The translations under genes and the position numbers were made by a program. A stretch of 64,000 bases of DNA, taken from assembly GCF_048934315.1 (NCBI RefSeq), contig NC_133691.1, positions 9,183,097-9,247,096 of the forward strand. Direction: 5' to 3'. Each line of letters opens with the position of its first letter. Positions within the stretch are counted from its first letter, which is position 1. Below the pieces are notes generated by a model. It saw nothing but the letters and a program-made list of their open reading frames with translations. It was not told the origin of the DNA and searched no databases. The DNA is from Petromyzon marinus (Eukaryota). Below are positions 58,612-64,000 of this stretch, piece after piece.

Positions 58612-58655
58612 TCACACCTAATGACGGTTGCTTGTGTTGCGATCGAAACGTTGTG
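58612..58655 (+). ncRNA. Hammerhead copy with CUAAUGA (G5 to A), plus-sense. It is predicted to be inactive
   Basis: CACCUAAUGA-CGGUUGC-UUGUGUU-GCGAUCG-AAAC-GUUGUGG. Confidence 0.5.
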
Positions 58656-58689
58656 GCCTAATGATATTCTGGTAAGTGTTGATGTGGTT

Positions 58690-59400
58690 TAGCTAAAGAT
58701 ATCCCATGACTACCCGCATACTTTCCAAAGAACACCTACTTCGTGTGGAAAGGTGACTTCTATAAACAAAAGGAAGGAGCAGAAATGGGCTCTCCTTTGT
58801 CTCCTGTGATAGCGATTTTGTACATGGAAGATTTTGAAACAATAGCAATACCTTCAAGCACACAAACCTTCTGCTTGGTTTAGATGTGGATTACACATTG
58901 GTGGTCTGGCCACATGGAAAAGATACATATAATTAATTTATAAATCATCTCAACTCACAAAACCCATCCACCATGGAAGTGGAAGCTGACAATTCTCCCA
59001 TTTATGTATATTTTGCTCAGGCGCGGTCAAAATGGTAAAATAACACACAGCATTTACCAAAATGAAACACACACTGATGCCTATCTTAATGCAGAGTCAC
59101 ACCGTCACCCTGCACAGAAATCCTCTCAGGAAGACGTTCATACATCGGGCTAAGAAATTGTCAAATGGTGATAATTTGAGAAGTGAAATTAAAGATGTTA
59201 AAGCACTGCAATTGAACGGTTACAATGATGCACAAATTAATAGGGCTTTGAATGCCAAAACCAAATCAAATAACACGAGCATTGAAACTGACCAAGTAAT
59301 TCAAACGATAAAAAAATACCGTATGTTGCGGGAACAACTGATAAACTAGCCAGATTATTAGACCTCCTTTGCCAGTACCAAAATATAATAATAGGGGTTT
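58690..59400 (+). pseudogene. PLE reverse transcriptase fragment (mid-RT to post-RT region), frameshifted and 3'-truncated
   Basis: Frames give ..FVWKGDFYKQKEGAEMGSPLSPVIAILYMEDFETIAIP.., ..YQNETHTDAYLNAESHRHPAQK.. and ..LRSEIKDVKALQLNGYNDAQINRALNAKTKSNNT..IPYVAGTTDKLARLL. These are colinear with the 53629-53114 RT (YFTWNGSFYKQNEGTPMGSPLSPVIANIFMEKIE...YRKPTDTD). Confidence 0.7.
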
Positions 59401-59590
59401 TCCCCTTTTCTCTGGCAACAAAACTGAAACTTTTTTACAAGGATTCATATCTGCATTAACCACAATACCTGCAGTCAAAATGCAAACAAAAAACATACTA
59501 TCATAATATATGCATTGTCCTTGAAACTGATTGGTCCACACCAAGGGACGGCTTTCTTTTGAGCCTCGACCCAATTGGTGCTCGACCAGA

Positions 59591-59632
59591 TGACGCCAAA
59601 AGGCGTTTTGGCCAAAACGCCTTTTGGCGTCA
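59591..59632. repeat. Perfect 42-nt palindrome (21-bp stem, no loop: TGACGCCAAAAGGCGTTTTGG|CCAAAACGCCTTTTGGCGTCA), followed by the direct repeat TCATCAAACGCTTTTTGGCGTCATCAAATG
   Basis: Read directly. It sits at the 3' edge of the truncated PLE fragment. Confidence 0.8.
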
Positions 59633-60712
59633 TCAAACGCTTTTTGGCGTCATCAAATGTCAGGTGGTGGTGGGGTTTAACGACACATTTATATATTTAC
59701 GCGATCTAACCTGTAATATGGATGATATTGATCGCGAAAGCCTAGGTGTTAAACCAGATAAAATGGACCATGATCACTTGGCCAGTCTCACCGTTTGAAT
59801 TTTAGTGATGTTAATGCTAAAGAGCATATTTGGCGTGGTCCCCCAGCGAGACAATTGGCGCACGTAGTTCGGCGCTCGGCAGCTGGCACAGGTCTACGAG
59901 ATCTCCTCCTTCGTCTGGCCAATGTTGAGCAACAACTACAATTATACATTGAGCTAGGCAAGCCAGCTGATTGTGCAAGGAGTAGCGATGCAAACCGCTG
60001 TGATGATGCCCGCCTCCTTCGTGTTTGGGAATCGGGCATTGACTCTAGGCTACATGCTCCACAGTTCTGTTTTGGATGGTGACCACGGTCACCGTACACT
60101 GCCGGAGAGTTTAACATTTTCCACGTATGCATCGAGTGTCCGAATCTGCTGCCGTGGTTTGTGCAGTGGATGCATCTTCGGGGCCGTTTGCCCAGAAGTT
60201 TTGCGTCATCGGCTCTTGCATGAGGAGGTATTTGTGACTTCTTGTAAACTCCATTTGGTGTTACAAGCTTCATCATCATCAGGGTTGACGTTGCATTGTT
60301 GGTTAACCACGTGGATCCAAAACAGGACGAGGGGGCCACGGGGTTGGGGATTAGGCCACTGGGCTGCGGGCAGGGCCACAGGACTGGGGGCGGTGGGGGG
60401 GGGCATATGGGGCAGGGCTCCTCGCCCGCATCTCGAGGACATCGTTGAGATCCTGTTGGATGGGGAGACGCACGTTTTCCACGATTTGCTGGACTTCCCA
60501 GGGGGTTGCGGGATTGCGGCAAGTAGATGGGGAAGCAACATGCGACAACACGGGGAGGCAAAAGTTGGGGGTCGATTTGAAGGTTCCAGTGATGCACCAT
60601 CGCATTGTCGCGATCAGTTGGACACCGTGGAGATAGCGATTGATTTTACCTTGTAGGAGGCAGCTTCCGCCTCCAGTAACGTCTGGTTGTTGTGTGCACG
60701 TGTGATGCTGCA

Positions 60713-60786
60713 GACGACGCAGGCGACGCAGGCGACGAAGGCGACGCAGGCGACGAAGGCGACGAAGGCGACGCAGGCGACGCAGG
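60713..60786. repeat. 9-bp tandem repeat (GACGMAGGC) x8
   Basis: gacgcaggcgacgcaggcgacgaaggcgacgcaggcgacgaaggcgacgaaggcgacgcaggcgacgcaggc. It is the source of the RRL/DAGDEG pseudo-repeats in overlapping ORFs. Confidence 0.85.
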
Positions 60787-62382
60787 CTACATGGGAATGT
60801 CATACCAATGCTTCCACTGGAGAAGACGTTGTGCAGTCCTGCCCTCTCACCCTGCCTGTAACTCTGTGTGTGGTGTCCGCGCTTGTATTTATAGCCGCAA
60901 TGACTGCAACGGCTGTGATGCTCAAGCACTGATAGGGGACTATAATTATTATGAAATCTGTAGATTTAATGCATGGACACGGTTAGGCTAGAGTGTGCAG
61001 GTCACACAAAGGACAGGGGGGCTGTTTTATATGTAGGTTATGAAAATTTTGATGAAAATAATAAAAAGTAAATGAAATTTGAAATTTGCATAATTATCCG
61101 AAATTATGAAATTATATTAATTATGCTAATTAGAGAGATAATCGTGTTAATTTATGTAAGTGTGTGTGATTATGCTGATGCGAGCCGTTATGATAATTAG
61201 GCCCCGCCTCGTTGACGAGGGTCGGTTATCAATCGGGATAATGCAATTAATCGTATGCAGTTATGCAGGTACTGTGAGCATGCCAGATTAAACTCGGCTT
61301 CGCTGTTTAGCTTCGCATTATCGATCAGTATAATACAATTATTCTCGCTTTAACATTTATGGAGTATGTATTAGTGTGCTTATTTTAGGTCTCCAGATTC
61401 ATATCTCAACGCAGAATAGAGTTCTTATGCATACATTTCAGGAAAGAACACACAACAACTTCTGCATTAATCTTTTTTTTTAACTAAACCTTAAATCTAG
61501 AAGATGCAACTCTCGGCTTGGAATTCCAACACAGTATCAACACAGTATCATCACGACTGCGTTGTTTCACTTTGATAACAGCACATGTGATTCCTTCCCC
61601 CGCGTAACGCGAGCTCAGTTGGTGAGAGTCGTTAAAAACATGCATTCTTAACTTTAAAATATGCAAATTCGTATACTTGAAAATTGCCCACACAGTACCG
61701 CATTCATTCATAGACCTTCAAGTCAATTCTTATCACGTTGTTTCACTTTGGATATCAGAGCAATTAATGATTATGCAGCGTAACTCGAGTACGTGCGGCA
61801 ATTATGAACGAAAGGTACTTAAAGATTATACGATCATATTCAAACGAAAAGACAAAAAAACAAGTTATTATTCCCAAAGGCACAAATAAATCAATAGATC
61901 CATCGGCAAGATTATAGGATTACAGAAATGGCTTGGAGTGAGGGTGTGCGATGGGGTGCGCGCTTTCCCCTGAGATCCTTATCTTGGGCCAACTTTTAAT
62001 TAATTGTGGACCAAGTTGCCTGAACGAAACCTGGTTGGACACGCTATTCCCCCCCCTCCCCCGTGAGCGTAGCTCCGTGGTGAAGGTGTCAAGGGTTAAT
62101 TCGTATTGATGGATCTGTTGGTAATTTATGTGATTAGAAGTACAACCCAAGATCTGTCGCAATGCTTTCACGGCCCCTGATGGTTCACGTTTTGAGGATT
62201 AGGCTTTTGTTCCTGACTCGTGTATGGGTGAGGGATATGGATTGTGTTGAGTAGTCAGTGTTCGGAATTGATTCTTTGCGTCAAGCAGACACCTGGTTTG
62301 TCGTGTGGTGAGGAGCAGTGTGCGTCATACGTATCAGTTGATTCTTCTCTCGCAGTGGTCGAGTCGGGTTCGGCTGACGTAG

Positions 62383-62580
62383 GTTGGCGAGTTGACACGT
62401 TGTTGTAGTTGCGATGGTCGTCGGTAGATGGCGCTCACAGCTAGCCCGTAACAGCTGTCTCGGTGATCGCTGTTGGCGTGGGTTGGCGAGTTGACACGTT
62501 GTTGTAGTTGCAATGGTCGTCAGTAGATGGCGCTCACAGCTAGCCCGTAACAGCTGTCTCGGTGATCGCCGTTGGCGTGG
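62383..62580. repeat. ~98-bp tandem duplication (GGTTGGCGAGTTGACACGTTGTTGTAGTTGCRATGGTCGTCRGTAGATGGCGCTCACAGCTAGCCCGTAACAGCTGTCTCGGTGATCGCYGTTGGCGTGG) x2
   Basis: Copies begin at 62383 and 62481. This explains the repeated SPRQLLRASCERHL.TTIATTTTCQLAN peptide in the minus-strand ORF 62281-63003. Confidence 0.85.
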
Positions 62581-64000
62581 TGGCTGACTTAAGGTTATGT
62601 CGTTGACGTGATGGTCACTGGTTACGCTATCTGGCGCTGGCGATACACGTTCGTCACGATGCTCCTTTTGATGTTGCTGACTCGCACCGCTCAGCCTGTT
62701 GCTAAACAGCGAGTCTCGCCATTCTGGCGAGCTGTAGAGAGACTTCTTCTGCGTCGGTGGTGGTTGATCTTCTGATGGTGGATCTTCTTCTGCAGGGATG
62801 AGTTGAGCTGGTCCGCTGGCTGATGAGCTTGTCCGCCAGCTGATGAGTTGAGTTTCAACCCTGGAGCGCTCTGTTTTTATGCCAAAATCTCTCCCCTTGG
62901 CTCCTCCCCACAAGGCGGAGCTCCTACTGATTCGGCTGTGCGTCGTGGTCTGGAGTGTGTGTGTCCGTATGTGTGTCCGTATGTGTGTCAGTGTGTGTGT
63001 CATTTACGGCCTGGTTCTTTTCGCCGTCCTCTTTCCATAAACCTTTAAAAAACGATATGTTACAAATCGTCTCGAAGGCGTCTCTTCTCTCTGTCTGCCT
63101 GTGCGAGAGGGAGGAGCGAGTTCCCCCCTGTATGACCTTTTCTGACGCACAAAGATTGGGTTAAGGTTTTTAAGTTAACATTTTATTCCATCATCGTTTG
63201 GTATCGTACCATTTACAGTTATGATTCTGTACGTGACTCAAGGTCTGTTGTGTTAGTTTCCATCGTGGTGTTTGATTTTATTTCAAGGGAAGGTGCTCTC
63301 TTGAGCGTATGCATATTCTTATCACGTGCTGCGGGAAGACAAAGACGGCCGGAGGGCTCTCTCCGTTGCCCTCGGTTTACCATCGGTCAAATATCATTTG
63401 TTTCATATTCCACAAGGTTGTGATTCACCCCATTATCTTGGCCCTTCCTCAGTTTTATTAATTTCGTCATTCAGTGTGTAAGCTTATCATTTATCATTTT
63501 ATTTCCGACATCCTAAGCCAAAAGATAACCTCTTGGTTGTTGGAATTTTGTACTCTTTAGTGTTTGCAAGGTTATATAAGCTGAATATATTTTACGGTGA
63601 ACCATGTTAGCATTAATGTTCTGTGTGATATTATGTATTCATATTCTTTTCTTTAACTTAAAACTTGCTCGCCTGAGGTTTTGCTGATGCACGCTGCGCA
63701 TTCCTCTATCCCTCTATGTTTGCACGTGTGGTGTGTGTGTTGTTTATTAGGTTTAGATCTCCCGTGAAAACAGATAGCCTGCGATAATGCCTTGCCTTCT
63801 GGTGTTATCTTTGCTCTCTCGCGCTGCGGGAAGACAAAGGCGGCCGGGGTCTCTTTTTCTCTTTCTCTCTCTAACCCTTGAGTTAACAATGCATTATTAT
63901 TTGCTTATGTCCTGAGGTTAGAGAATTCGTTTTGACTTAGGAAAAATTCTGATTGCCATCCGCTTCATAAATAATTAAATAACATTCGTATTTTATTAAT

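Larger units (their letters stand above)
58325..58660. mobile_element. Palindromic PLE pLTR module: head-to-head arms (58330-58400 and 58420-58480), then an intact minus-sense hammerhead, a 30-bp central palindrome (58555-58595) and a G5-to-A plus-sense hammerhead. It lies directly upstream of a PLE RT fragment
   Basis: ...caacacaagcaaccgtcatcaggtgtgaaacaaacacagcaggaggactgctgacctcctacgtcacctcctacgtcagcagtcctcctgttgtgtttgtttcacacctaatgacggttgcttgtgttgcgatcgaaacg is a near-perfect inverted repeat. Confidence 0.75.

Overview
This window is eukaryotic, probably vertebrate, not prokaryotic. It contains spliced genes with GT-AG introns, tRNA-derived SINEs, Penelope-like retroelements (PLEs) and very large tandem satellites. 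I find no operon-like gene cluster, CRISPR array or prokaryotic-style system. The supportable content, in order: (a) A ~4 kb satellite with a 30-bp unit (3950-7915), bounded by a ~27-bp inverted repeat. (b) A 7-exon plus-strand gene (8929-15982). Its protein aligns clearly from memory to human USB1, the U6 snRNA phosphodiesterase. A CpG-rich 5' end carries a 57-bp minisatellite, and the introns carry a 37-bp minisatellite, SINEs and PLE fragments. (c) A ~32.9 kb perfectly head-to-tail G-rich 24-bp minisatellite (17166-50040; GGGAGGGGTGGAGTGGGGCTGGGT and variants). It starts 1.2 kb 3' of USB1 and has three sub-domains plus a ~2.5-2.7 kb higher-order repeat in the middle one. All the multi-thousand-aa ORFs on both strands there are translation artefacts. 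(d) A PLE-rich region (52-59.4 kb). It holds one nearly complete but frameshifted PLE on the minus strand (reverse transcriptase with YVDD, plus GIY-YIG endonuclease) and two truncated PLE copies. (e) At least 10 copies, scattered through the window, of a ~150-nt PLE pLTR arm carrying a type I hammerhead ribozyme core (CUGAUGA-stem II-GAAAC). The copies show stem II covariation and lineage-specific inactivating core mutations. (f) A candidate immunoglobulin-superfamily gene: a signal-peptide exon at 51669 and a V-set exon at 55264, with the near-full PLE nested in the intervening intron. The most interesting signals are the hammerhead-bearing PLE modules (direct, inverted and palindromic arrangements, two with target-site-duplication-like direct repeats) and the extraordinarily long G-quadruplex-prone minisatellite abutting USB1. 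The other gene calls are ordinary.
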